From positions 62,001 to 126,000 of the forward strand of contig JAQGDQ010000528.1 of assembly GCA_030141605.1 (NCBI GenBank): DNA of 64,000 nucleotides, read 5' to 3'. Numbering within the stretch: position 1 is the stretch's first letter; every line of letters begins with the position of its first letter. Shown one piece after another: positions 43,186-57,400 of this stretch. The notes under the pieces are model-generated. The model ran no database searches and was not told the origin of the DNA. It worked only from the letters and a program-made list of their open reading frames with translations. Origin of the DNA: Tubiluchus corallicola. Its lineage: Eukaryota; Animalia; Priapulida. Made by a program: the position numbers and the translations under genes.

Positions 43186-44452
43186 GACGGAAAGCGATCT
43201 GTTAAGCGCTTTATTTTAGGTACTTAATTTGTAAATACCCTCCATTAGTATTGCATAGTTTTAGGTAAAAATAGACATCAGGTTGTGATTAACTCCGTCC
43301 TCACTTTAATTCTATATTCTCCTGAAAATATTGCAATCTTTTCGCTGAGTTCTAGCGGATGTAGACGAGGTGTTTTATTTTTTCGGTTTTGGAATCTTCG
43401 TACATTGACTTAATTGTTTAAGTCATAACATCTTTAATCATTTTTCTGATAAGAATAATTTACTTACATAATTATAGAATGTTGTTTATTTATTGTCGAT
43501 GTCACAGGGCAGGCTCATATGTTTTGGTTGAGTAGGGTTACAAGTTATTATAGAAAATGCTTAAACTTTGTTTATGCTGCTTTAATTTTTCTCCACAGCC
43601 AAAAAGCCAGTCCAGAAGTATAACATGGGCAAAATATAAGTGATATGACACTGCAATTTCATGCAATTTCTTCGATCAAGCAATATTAACATAATTATTA
43701 GTCTTAAATCTAAGGCATACTAGCAGAAAAACTTTAAGAAAAGTGGCTGCGATAATTTATTGTATATTTTTATTTAAATAACAATTCGTGGTTATTATGG
43801 CTGTTTGGCTACATTTACTTTTGTTTATGAAAAATGAGTCATCATTTATAAAAATTAAAAAATGGACATGAATTATAGTATCTTGTAAGTTTGATAACAC
43901 ATTCTGAGAATGTGTAATGAATATGCGGATATGAAAATGTGGATATATATTAGGATATGCCCCTTTGAAAAATGTACGTAAAACAAGTTCTGCTTAATTT
44001 ATAACTAGGAAATACAAAAGATAATTTATTTGTCGTCTTGTGCATCGGGAAGCCAATCATAATAATAAAAGCTTCTCTGAAAAAGTCGTCATCTTCACTG
44101 GGTAAAGTAGATAGCAGAAACGACGTCAGAGAAGCCATGCAGAAAAGAGGTCAGAGAAGCCATGCTTTAATTTAGGGCTGATGCATGTTGCTCGGCTGGA
44201 TCTGCAAAATATAATAATACAGAAGAGATAAATAAGATCATTTTGAACTGTTATCTAAAAAACTGAATGTACAGTGTAAGATGCCAAAAAGACACTTAGA
44301 TAGTTGAGTTAATTTTACTGTTATCTCTTAAACTTATAAAAAAAAGTAACACAAGCAGTAAAAAGCTAATTATTTATATTAATGCTGTATGGAAATTTTC
44401 AGGCCCGGTGTTAGCTGCCATTCAGTAGACGGTTGTGATGTAACTGTTGGAG

Positions 44453-44569
44453 TTCTATGTCTATGTCTATGTCTATGTCTATGTCTATGTCTATGTCTAT
44501 GTCTATGTCTATGTCTATGTCTATGTCTATGTCTATGTCTATGTCTATGTCTCTGTCTCTGTCTCTGTC

Positions 44570-44650
<81 letters not shown>

Positions 44651-44696
44651 ACGTCTACGTCTACGTCTACGTCTATGTCTATGTCTATGTCTATGT
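44453..44696. repeat. Compound hexanucleotide microsatellite (TCTATG)(TCTCTG)(TCTGCG)(TCTACG)(TCTATG)
   Basis: Direct reading. Confidence 0.96.
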
Positions 44697-44892
44697 GACT
44701 TTTCGTAATCGCACTGTCTGCAAGCGTGCGCTGTTTAAACTAGTTCAAACTTTTGCAGCTTATCTAATTTTCACGCAATATCACGAAATTGGTAGAAATC
44801 TAGTTTTTTGTATAAATTTTATTATACTTCTGACAGTATTTGACAGAGCACTGTTTTACTTCAGCTGATGAATGTGACATCATTGGTGTTAA

Positions 44893-44957
44893 GTAGAATG
44901 GCCGAGTGGTTTGTATTTGGTGCTGCAAACACTCAGGCTTGAGTTCGAGACCACCGG
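44893..44957 (+). pseudogene. tRNA-like remnant / SINE head
   Basis: A-box TGGCCGAGTGG, anticodon-like arm ggtg-ctGCAaa-cact, B-box GAGTTCGAGACC; acceptor and T stems do not pair. Confidence 0.45.
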
Positions 44958-45378
44958 CTGGCAACACCAGGATATATACCATGCATTGTGTGTTGGGTCC
45001 TCACCTGTCTTGTTGTAAGTCGCTGAATAGCCGTTAATACTAATGTTGTCTGTCAAATGAGCAAGAGTAAATAAATCTTGTCTTTTGCTTGACAAATTGG
45101 CATTCAAAATAGCAGCGCCCAAGTGTGAAATAATGCGACTTTAAAGTAACTTTATTACTTATACGAGGCGCTTAGCCATATTTATTACCAAATCCATGTA
45201 ACAATTCTTCAGAACATTGAAAAAAGCCTAACTTCTCAGAAGGCTTAAGCTGTGATTTATTGAGTCTCACACAGCATAATTCTTGTGTAAATGTAAGAAA
45301 TCAATGCAAGTTACACTATTACAATTTTGTTTTTTCGACAACTTCAGTTTTTTATGTGATGCAACCTTCCTTACCTGT

Positions 45379-45425
45379 TTATCGTTTTCTGTTTGCTGGT
45401 GGTATTCTAGTGTCGCTGCTTTGTG
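45379..45425 (-). CDS. Gene B candidate last coding exon
   Basis: tttttag|(A)[17 protein letters not shown] then ACAG|gtaagg; a phase-0 reading [17 protein letters not shown] is also open. Confidence 0.4.
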
Positions 45426-48400
45426 CTAAAAATAAATAAATATTTGATATGTCTCTGTAAGTCTTTTGATATAATCTGATTTAACATTAAATACTTTAAT
45501 TCTTAGTTTCGATTGCTCAATACAGTTGAAATACACGTCTGACAGCCAATCAGTTATGTTTACACAAAAGACGTCACTGCGCTAACGCGCATAGTGAAAC
45601 CAGAACAACAGGTATTGCATTTCAAAAGCTTTAGCTGATGATGCACGCGTTAGGTCTACAGTGTCGCTATGCGTACGATCATAGACCTGAGCATGATCGT
45701 AGGTCTGAGCATGATCATAGATCTGAGCATGATCATAGATCTGTGCATGATCATAGATCTGAGCATGATCGTAGCTCTGAGCATGATCATAGATCTGAGC
45801 ATGATCATAGATCTGTGCATGATCATAGATCTGAGCATGATCACAGACCTGAGCATGATCATAGATCTGAGCAAGATCGTAGATATGTGCATGATCGTAG
45901 ATACGAGCATGATCATAGATCTGTGCATGATCGTAGGTCTGAGCATGATCGTAGATCTGAGCATGGTCATAGACCTGAGCATGATCATAGATCTGTGCAT
46001 GATCGTAGATATGAGCATGATCATAGATCTGTGTATGATCGTAGATATGAGCATGATAATAGATCTGTGCATGATCGTAGATCTGAGCATGATCATAGAT
46101 CTGAGCATGGTCATAGATCTGTGCATGATCATAGACCTGTGCATGATCATAGACCTGAGCATGATCATAGATCTGTGCATGTCGTAGATATGAGCATGAT
46201 CATAGATCTGTGTATGATCGTAGATATGAGCATGATCATAGATCTGAGCCTGATCATAGATCTGTGCATGATCATAGACCTGTGCATGATCATAGACCTG
46301 AGCATGATCATAGATCTGTGCATGATCGTAGATATGAGCATGATCATAGATCTGTGTATGATCGTAGATATGAGCATGATCATAGATCTGTGCATGATCG
46401 TAGGTCTGAGCATGATCATAGATCTGTGCATGATCATAGATCTGAGCATGACCATAGATCTGTGCATGATCGTAGATCTGTGCATGATCGTAGATCTGAG
46501 CATGATCATAGATCTGTGCATGATCGTATATTTGAGCATGATTATAGATCTGTGCATGATCGTAGATCTGTGCATGATCGTAGGTCTGAGCATGATCATA
46601 GAGACTAATGCCTAAGCAAACCCACGTTGTTGTTTGACCTGTGTGTAGCAGTAGTCAAGCGCTATTGTTTGTGAAAGGAAACAGAACGAATTGAAACTGT
46701 ACGAGCACAATATGAACTAGTAACTAACTGGTTGAGACGAAATTTTCATTTATCCCCTCACCGATCTCCACTATACTCATGCAAAAAATTCACTTCATCT
46801 TTTTTATAATCATTAATACACTATAGATTAGCTTTGCACTGTTCACTCAGAATGACGTGAGATCTCGAGTAAACAATGAAAAGAAAACAAATTTTATTAA
46901 AGCCTTATGAAATGTTTCGTCATCAGTGACTGATCGCCAATCAAACAATCAGTTATACAGGCAGAGGCTATAGTACAGAAATCCATTAATAATTTAAAAG
47001 AAAATCAAATGTAAAGAATTAACAGGCCCGTAGAAAATAAAGACATAGAATAAAAGCATAGCTAGATGTTTCAACAGAGCTGTTAGTTCATTTACATATT
47101 TGACTTTCTTGTAAATGCATAATTAGTGAATTTCTGTATTGTAAGTTTTGCCTGTATAACTGGCTGTTTGTTTGTGTGATCTATCATTGATGATGACTAC
47201 AATCAAGGCTGCAATCAAAACGTTTGTGATATACTTTATAAAGTTTTATAAACTTTTAATAAAAGGTATTTTTTAGTGTTACTGTAACTGCCTGCCTAAA
47301 TCCAATACAATGCAAAACTAATGACAATTTTGAATATTATGCAACAGTGTAACCCTGTTTTTGACTCTCAGTTATATAAGGAGTAAAAGTAATTTACATC
47401 ATTAGTTGATGTTTGATGAATCTATCTGATAGAATGTCTTTGTGAAATGGCAATAATGCATAAAATGAAAACATGAGAAACCAAATTACCTGACCATTCG
47501 GACCCTTCTGCAGCTAAACGAAAAAAAAACGATAAAAGTTATTATTATTTCAGCATCAGTAGAGAAACGAAAATATTTTAAACAAAGTTAGAGAAGCTGA
47601 AATGGATCTTCACGAATGCTGCGTTTTAGCCATAGGGGTTATTTGCCATGTTTAGATATACGAGTATTGCAAAGAGCTTTTTATAATGTGTGGCATTGAC
47701 GATAATAACGGTGTTGAGTACAGCGATGATGGTCTTGGCGATCGTAGTGGTGGTGACGATCATGACAAATTTCACTCCCTTCAATTGAGTTTTGCCTGAG
47801 AGAGGCCAATATTGAATGATCATTTGCTATAACTGAAAATCATTAGAGTACCCCACGGGTCATTTGCAGCTTGGCATCTTGTGCACATAATAATAAGTAT
47901 ATTATTAAATACTTTTACGTACAATGCCGTAATGATCATTGTGGATATATTTAATAAATAAATAAATCTGAATTAACTAAATTTGCCCCTACAGTGAAAG
48001 CATGTGAATGCGGGTGAACGTTTTAAAGACTTGTGTAACACGAGATGCTCATTTTAAGAACCACAAAACTGCAGCACGATTTATCTACAGCTAAAATTAG
48101 TCTTAGTTTTTCTAAGCATTGTCTAGGCATTCCTTCATTACACAACCCATTAAGGTCATACATATTGAAAACGGAAAAATTAGATAGGTGCAGCTAAATA
48201 CCTACTGAAAAAAAACTACTGAAAATCTGAATGTCCGTATTCCTTTTTACTTTTGGTTATCTTTATTAGTTTAAGAAGATGACAGCAAGCACCTGAGGTT
48301 GTGAAAACGCATGATGTTAATAACGCCAATTATACTCTATTGTGATAGCTTTTTGATTGAATTTTCTGATCTCAAAGCATATGATCATTATTATCGATCT

Positions 48401-51400
48401 TATTCCAATATTCATTTATATCGATTAACTGCATTTGAATTTTATAATACGCCTATAAGAATATGTTAATTTAATTTTTAATGATAAATTAAAGACATAG
48501 TGCCAACTGCCAAGCCACCAAATGCTTTACATAGTGCCAAGCCACCAAATACTTTACATAGTGCCAAGCCACCAAATGCTTTACATAGTGCCAAGCCACC
48601 AAATACTTTACATAGTGCCAAGCCACCAAATGCTTTATATAGTGCCAAGCCACCAAATGCTTTACATAGTGCCAAGCCACCAAATGCTTTACATAGTGCC
48701 AAGCCACCAAATGCTTTACATTGTACCAAGCCACCAAATGCTTTACATAGTGCCAAGCCACCAAATGCTTTACATAGTGCCAAGCCACCAAATGCTTTAC
48801 ATAGTGCCAAGCCACCAAATGCTTTACGCAGTGCCAAGCCACCAAATGCTTTACGCAGTGCCAAGCCACCAAATGCTTTACATAGTGACAAGCCACCAAA
48901 TGCTTTACATAGTGCCAAGTCACCAAATGCTTTACATAGTGCCAAGCCACCAAATGCTTTACATAGTGCCAAGCCACCAAATGCTTTACATAGTGCCAAG
49001 CCACCAAATGCTTTACATAGTGCCAAGCCACCAAATACTTTACATAGTGCCAAGCCACCAAATGCTTTACATAGTGCCAAGCCACCAAATGCTTTACATA
49101 GTGCCAAGCCACCAAATGCTTTACATAGTGCCAAGTCACCAAATGCTTTACATAGTGCCAAGCCACCAAATGCTTTACATAGTGCCAAGCCACCAAATGC
49201 TTTACATAGTGCCAAGCCACCAAATGCTTTACATAGTGCCAAGCCACCAAATGCTTTACATAGTGCCAAGCCACCAAATGCTTTACATAGTGCCAAGCCA
49301 CCAAATGCTTTACATTGTACCAAGCCACCAAATGCTTTACATGGTGCCAAGCCACCAAATGCTTTATATAGTGCCAAGCCACCAAATGCTTTATATAGTG
49401 CCAAGCCACCAAATATTTTACATAGTGCCAAGCCACCAAATGCTTTATATCTTGCCAAAACACCAAATGCTTTACATAGTGCCAAGCCACCAAATGCTTT
49501 ACATAGTGCCAAGCCACCAAATGCTTTATATAGTGCCAAGCCACCAAATGCTTTACATAGTGCCAAGCCACCAAATGCTTTATATAGTGCCAAGCCACCA
49601 AATGCTTTATATAGTGCCAAGCCACCAAATGCTTTACATAGTGTCAAGCCACCAAATACTTTACAGAGTGCCAAGCCACCAAAACTAGATTCTGTAAATG
49701 AACAAGGGCAGCGTTTTTACGACTCTTGTAAAATGGTCTCATAAAATTTCTTCTATAAAAATAACTTCATTATTGGCTAATTTGCATTGTCCTGCATGTG
49801 TGAGATAAATACTTCTTATATCTTATATCTTACGTTGTATTATCATTTTGCTCTACCGTCTGCAGATTTTCTTGAAATTCAACCTCTGGATTCGACGAGA
49901 AATATGTTAGATATTTTTAGAATATTGTTAATGATTTTCCCTGCCTGTTGTTACAAGTTCACTGAATACAGAATAACTTTAACAAAACATTAACATTCTC
50001 AAACTCAATTTACAGCTGGTGCAGAAACAACCTCGAACCAGTTACTTACAGATCTAGCATTGCTTAATTTTGTAGCTGAACACCAACCGGAACTAAATTT
50101 CTATTGCACTTAATGATTTTAGGAAGGCAAAAATGGTCAAGCATTTTTGTGGAAATTTTAGTTTTTTGTTCTACTGATGTCAAACCTACTCTGTTTAAAT
50201 ATTGTTGTTCATCTTTCTGTTATTTTAATCTCTGGATCTAAGCAAATGAAAAGCAGCCTACCATTTTGCAACGACGAAGCTCTTTACTTACCATAGGAGC
50301 ACAACGGCATCTGGAATATGTTCAGAGATTGGCTGTTATCATTTTAAAGTGATTTTATGTAAAATACATTTACCCTTCGACAGCGTGTTTTAAATTTAAA
50401 CAATGAAGCGATACGCAGTTCTTATTCTTAGTATTGATGGCACTCTAAATTCGAAACTTTTTGCCGTTTAGGAATATGCACACGGTCACCCTTTGTAAAT
50501 ATTTAGCTTACTAATCCTCTGTTCTTTGAGTAAATATTTATTTCATTTCTCTTGTGGTAGTATTTTTAAATAGTGATCGTTATTTAGTTCTGCTGGACAG
50601 TTCTGTACTGTACTGATATAAAAGTGAAATAATAAAAAAATAGTAACAATAAACTGAAGACAAAAGCAGAATGAAGCAAGAGTTACTCACTTGTCCATCT
50701 CTTTGAGATTTTGTATGCAACAGCTCCTACAAGCATCGCACCCAGAAGCGAGCAGAGAATAGGGAGAACCGTCCTCTTTCGTTCTTCCTCTAAAAAATGT
50801 TAACTAATTTTGTCAGAATTTTTACAAGATTCGAAGCATTAGCACGTTTTTGCCTGCAAGCAGCATCAACACGTTTTACAACGTTTTCCCGGATAACATC
50901 GGCAGGATTTCCAAAATTAAACAAAATTTTTGCAAAATGGCTTTCTTTCAAAATGCATGTTTTAAAATTGCTTTTTCTATAAAGTTCGGGCGCTTTTTAT
51001 AAAACGCAATTGCATTGCACCATAGTGAGAGCCGAAAAGGTCGTATAATTTAAAGCATGTAGCTCTACTTTCCAATGTAGGCATTTTGCACTAAGGACGC
51101 ACAACATAATGCCTCAAGGAGCAGTTCCTTGGGGGATTCCTCACGAAAATGGAAGAAACTGTTTTCTATGGCGCATTTCATACCGATGATGCGCGACAAA
51201 ATACCGCGTGCAGTTTATCGTGAGAAATTCTGCCGCCAGCTAGAAGCTATGCGTCCTCCTGGTGACGAATTTTACCCCATGGTAGAAAAATTGTATGTTA
51301 CATTTTTTGGTGAGAAATCCCCGCACAATTCAGCCTTAAATTTAATAAATCAATTACTTCCTTCTTACTTCACAGATTTTAAGATAAAATTCTAAGATTT

Positions 51401-54400
51401 AATCTCTTTTTTCATATACTAACAATTTTTTGCTTTATTTATGCAACATCAATGGCTATACGCGCGAAAAAAATAACGTCTGCATATATTTATCTTATAT
51501 ATATATTATTTTTCAGATATTTGAGTGGTTCGAAGAAACAAACAGGTCTGACATTACATTGGCAAGCTTTATTAATAGCACTTTTTTGCATACGAGAGAA
51601 AACCAAAAACAAACAGTAAAGAGAACCTGTTAAAATATGTTAAATGTCAAATAATTATACTAAGAAGAGTACTCGTGAAGCCAAGCCAAATAAGGAAATC
51701 TTAAGGAGCGGTGTCACGTGACGACGTGGGCGAAGAACTGACAAACTTGTCAGACTGCGCACGCAGCTGATATATAGGCCGTGACACCAGCTAGCAGGGG
51801 AGCTTGGTCACACTTCACACTCACGCGCAGGACGTCTCTTGTAGATCAGGGGCCTTGGCATCGCTATACATTTATTATATTGTGATGTTATTTAAAAAAA
51901 GTGTTATTTCGCAAACAAAGTCTTGATAACTTTGCCATTACTCAAACGTTCATAAACAGCTACACCCAGCTCACACACGCACTACCACTATACCACAGAC
52001 TTAATAATTTTACTTTCCAAAACCACAACCCACACAGTGACACGAACTTCCTTGCTGAACGGGATTTCGGAAAAAATCGGAAGCTTCAGAAAATTCCGTT
52101 CGTCCTCGCTGTGAAATGGGCCTAGAATGTACGAAAACCTTATAATTTAGAGGAATGTTTACCTCCTTCCTTCTGTGTGTCCTCAGTATCTGCTGAAGTA
52201 AAGTATGGTGCCGTAGTAACATTTGCTGGTGCTGTAACAAACGGTGATTAAACGTTATTAAAAAGTATAAACGGCGCAGGAGTTTTGAAGTCAAATTTAA
52301 TGTAAAAACAAGTTTTCTTTAATAAAAAGAGCTGACCGTAACATCTAAGTTTAGTACCATTTTTATTTGATTTTGTTGCTTCCTTTCTAATGAAACTCAG
52401 CCTCGAAGTTGAATTTTCCGCCAAAATTGGCTTTTATTACCCGTGATTTTCCGAAGTTTGACATCATGATTGGGAATATCACAGGTAATACACGAGTCAT
52501 TGTTGACAACAACTCTTTTGATGAAGCAAAGAACATTTAAAGATATGATTATAATTATAATGTAACAGCATAACTAATTAGAATCTAAATTATGTGTTCC
52601 ATTTCTGCAAAAGACGTTGTCAGCAACTGTGACGATTTTGGTTATATGGTAGAGATATTGTATGTTTAAATATAGAATTTTCATCTCTCATGCCGTTTAT
52701 GGTTCTTGTTTTATTAATGTTTTAGTTAGATACAAAGCATGTCAGTTAGAAGTGATAATAAACGAATAATAACACAGATTAAGCCTGAAAACAAAAATGA
52801 TAGCAACAATTTTTCACTCAATTAAAAGAATAATCTTGTCGGTTTTGAAATGAAAAAATATCTTTCGTAATTTGAGAATGTTATTTTCGTGTCGTGGACA
52901 TTAAAACAAGGCAATAAAAATATTAACTTGAAATCAGGACTTGGCCTGGGACTTTCTGCTTTTGAACCAGACACAACCACTGCCATGATACAGCAGAGAG
53001 TAACGTCTCATTCATTAAGACATTGTAACAGTAATAAAAATTTATTTTCAGGCAATTAAGCAACAATGTGGCAATATATTACTTACTTGGGTCACATTGT
53101 ACTCCAGTATAGTCTGGCGGACAACTACAACTGAAATAACCGGCTCCATTAAGACAGGTGCCACCATTTCGACACGGTAACGAAAAACATTCGTCTGGAT
53201 CTAGTAATGAACAGAAAACCTGAGAAGTTCAAGTATCGTTTTTATGTTGATCCACAGTTTTCGCATCAGCATTAAGTAAGTTATAAATCAGAAATTCATC
53301 ACAACTAAAATCTGCACTACCTTCGTAACAGTAACAGATTTCAATAGGAACCTCTGAAGTTTTTAAGGTAACAATATTCTTACAATTCTAATACATGGTT
53401 TAGCTATAATATTTATAAACAACGTAACATAACATGGATTAACCTAGACATATAGTCCAATATGGGCTACAGCCTGAGGCCCATCAAGCGTTGGTAACGT
53501 TTGGTAACGTGTCTTTTCACTATGGTTGTATTAAAATATGTGCTAATTTGGCTTTTAATAAATAGTAAAGAAGCGGCCTTTCTTAAAAATATCTGTATTG
53601 ACAAATAAAGGATAGCTTGACAAACAAAAGATAACCATACTAGTTCATTTAAAGAATTTGCAATGAGTTTACTTCAAGCTATGAAAACGTCGTTAAAATA
53701 TATCAAGAGTAAAAGACATTCAAGATATGGCATGCGTGACTTAAAGGGTGTCCCCTTTACCATATGTAAAGTATAGTTATATGTGACGGGGTGGGGGTGT
53801 GGTGTGCATCATTTCATTATCTTAGCGCCCCATAAGGCAAATTCGGTCTGAATAATATAATGAAAACTAAAACACTATTATGGCTGCGCCTACTCCAAAA
53901 TTTATTTTCGACCCTATTGGATCGTGAGTATCTTAGCCGTACGAAGCCGCACGAAGCCGCACGAAGCCGCACGAAGACGTACGAAGCCGTACAGTGGCGT
54001 TGAAAAGCACTGATTTAATAAAACCGTCGCCTTGGAATGATCCTCATCGACTCAGTGGACCGACGTGCACGTATTCCATCTCAGCACCTGTTCCGCAATG
54101 ACAGCCAGCTTGCAGCACAACAGATTTGACGTATGGCGTAATATAGACCTCTGTAGTAATTATTTTCAAATACTTGAATCTATAACTTTACTTTGTTTTA
54201 CAAAATTTTTGGATGCCTTCTGCACATCTATGCCGTGACAGAGCACATCAGCAAAATTCTGTCAGCGTATCAATATAGTATAGGTTTTGCAAGTCAAATG
54301 TAGACACAGGAAAGTTCAAATGTGACTTAGGTAAGTCAAATGTCGACATAGGAATTTCGAATGTGTTTTGGTAACTCAAATGTGACTTAGGTAAGTCAAA

Positions 54401-57400
54401 TGTAGACATAGGACATTTGACTTGACATGCGCCTACATTTGATTTACCAAAAGCGCTTAAGATTTCTTGAAAACCATTGTTAACACATTTGAACTAACTA
54501 AGTCTACATTTGAGTTACCAAGACACACTTGAATTACCTAAATCTACATTTGAGTTAACGCAGGTCTACATTTGACATGTAAAACCTATAAAAAAACAAT
54601 GCAATTTAAACAATTATTCAGCGGCTATGTAGTTGCGCAGAAATTTGGATATGATTCCTTCATATTCCACACACGTACCGTATTCACATCGAGGTCCAAA
54701 AAAACCCGCATTGCAACTACATGTATAGTGACCTAGTTTATCCTCGCATGTGCCATTATTGAAGCAAGGGTTTGATTTGCATTCTTCATCGTCTGGAAAT
54801 AACAAAACAGATTCAATAATTAGCTTGAAAATAAGATAGTCTTCTGAGATTTCCTGTGGCCATAATCGTCAAAGGTCAAAAAATAATTTATAATAACTAT
54901 AAATCTTAAGCAGTTTTTGTTTTTTTCACATATGGTGTTCATTAAAAGACTTGGTAGTATAATTTTGGTTTTTAACACCCCATAAATTGTCTGTAGTCAT
55001 CTGTTTCTGACTGTACACAACAAGTAGTTACTTACTCTAAAAGATTCTAATGTCAATAGGCAAATATTTAGTTATCTTTCAAGATCATAGATAGGTATGT
55101 TTGTCAGTATAACTTTCGTTTTGCTTTCTTAATTAGTAATTTTATTTTTCTTTTAAATTGTTTTTAATCAGCCTCTTCATGCTTTTTGTATTCTTTATTT
55201 TCCTCACATTGTACACCTTTATTTTGTAAACGTTGCAAATGTCAAATTCTTAAATTGAAATTGATGGAAAACTATTTAAGCGGACAACTACTTAGTTGTC
55301 GAATCGATGACCGCGAGTAATGTTCATAGAAAGAAGACAAAATTTAAAAAATTAAATGCAGGTGTAACCCAGGGTTCTATTTTAGGAGCCTTGCTTTTCC
55401 TTGCTTACGTAAACGTAAATGGTCATCCGTCAGTAGCTGATTGCGAAGTTAATCTACGTGCAGGTGACCTGACTCTACAGCAGCTCAAACAACCCATGCT
55501 TGCTTTGAGTAGCAGCTTACAAAACTTAGTCGTATGGGCAAGGACAGACACAAGCTAACCACAATGTATGGATTAGCTTCACCAAGAATGGGTTAGCCCC
55601 GAGGAAACTGCAAATACTGCTTAATTCACCAGATGAAAACAGAAAAATATACAATTGAAAAAAAACGCAGAAAATTTATTTTTAATTAGAACTAGGACGA
55701 CAATTCTCCACAAATCTTTTTTTCCAAAGACTGCAGCACTCTATTGTGGAATGATTTACCTGTTCCATTATAAGTTCCAAACATATTCACTCTTGGCACA
55801 TTCAAAAAGCACACTGCAAGAACAAGCGCCTGAAAGAGTTTTAGCGGGTTCCATATTTGGTCAGTTATGGTGACAGTGCATTGAAGGTTAAGAATGCTTT
55901 CTAGCAAACTAAAAAATGATCTTGTTAACAATTATGTAGACAAAAATCGCAATTGTGCAAGTGTTTAGTAAGTTGAACATGCTAAACGTCATTTCTTAGA
56001 ATGCAGCAGATATGACCACATTAGGAATATTATTTTGAATTCAATCACTCGAGGTCACCAGTTTACGTTAGATACTGAATGAGATCAACAGCCTTGCTGA
56101 AGATGAAATCCTATTCACGCATGGCAATTGAATTTGTTGAATGAAGCCGTAGGTTTAGTGACGATTGGGATTGTTAATATTGTATATATATATATATATT
56201 TACCATAACTATTGTATGGACCGTGTTTGAAAATTAGATATATAATTTAATTTACATAGTTTGCCACAGATTTGTAAAAACATGGTAAACTGAGAAATAT
56301 TTTATTACTGTATTTACATTTTTTATGTTTCGTCAACAGTCCAGTCAACTTTATAGTTTGCCTGCTGCTTCTTGGACTTTAATATATGTAGTATATTGTT
56401 GTAATTATAAATACTTATTTAAATCAAATATCAAAGCTATGAAGCATGCATAATTTTATATCTGGAGCAACGCTGCATCTCGAGATGCAAAAATGCATCT
56501 TTATCTTGTTTGTTTCTTTGTTTGTTTGTTTCAAAAACAGCTGTCTATCTTTGTCTATGCAGCAAAATAACAATTTTTACCAACTGTGAGGAAAGCCATA
56601 TGTCTTTTCAACTTTCCTGGACTCTTCCTGTTTTCCTCAAAATACCAGTAACCGCCTTTATCGTCATTCCTAAGTTTATTAATAATCGTAATCAGACTGT
56701 AGCAGGTTTTTTGGGTCGCTGACAAGTGATCAATTTTACAGAGGGCGCTCCCACGTGGCGGGTCACCTGTGACACCAACGGATTCGTAAGAACAGCGAGT
56801 TACACCTTTATTTACACTTGACATCTGACATTTATAAGAGTCATTCGCATACGTAGGTGATAGGCGCCACCCATAGAATTCCAGGTCTTTAGCTGCAGAC
56901 GTTATTGGAACGCACCATTGCAATGGCATTTCGACATTTTCTCCAATTCTGCGTGCAAATTCTTTCACTTCCCCTATAATAATAGAACAAATTAACTAAG
57001 AGTACTAACAAAAGCGTATTACGTGCATTTACTAAGAATAAATGGTGATGAATAAAATGGTGGTGAGTAAATGGGTAGGGACAGGAAGGGCATCCGCCTG
57101 TAAAAACTGCGCCTAAACCTTCTATGAATGAGTCGGTGAGACTTAAAGGTAAAGTCCACAAAGAAGTGGTCAGACCCGCTCTAATCTATGGGCTGGAAGC
57201 AGCTTCTCTAAAGAAGACCGAAGAGAAGAAAATGGGTGTGGTGGAGATGAGGATGTAGAGATGGATGGTGGGAATAACAAGAAGAGATATAATTAGAAAT
57301 AATAATATCAGAGGAACAGTAAAAGTAGTGGAAGCCTTGCAAGATTGCGATGGTGTGGACACCTGAAAAGAAGAGTCGGTGAAGATCTTGTGGGAATTGA

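Noticed and set aside
44893-44969. Functional tRNA-Cys gene
   Set aside because: A and B boxes and a GCA loop are present but acceptor and T stems do not pair; treated as a SINE head or pseudogene
45638-46615. His/Asp/Arg-rich ORFs (EHDHRS)n suggesting a metal-binding protein
   Set aside because: Translation of an 18-bp minisatellite, open on both strands, frameshifted near 46180, no unique coding flanks
48478-49744. Four long ORFs (379-414 aa) and a CRISPR-like look of the 27-bp repeat
   Set aside because: ORFs arise because a 27-bp unit lacks stops in several frames on both strands; units are contiguous with no spacers, no cas genes, eukaryotic context
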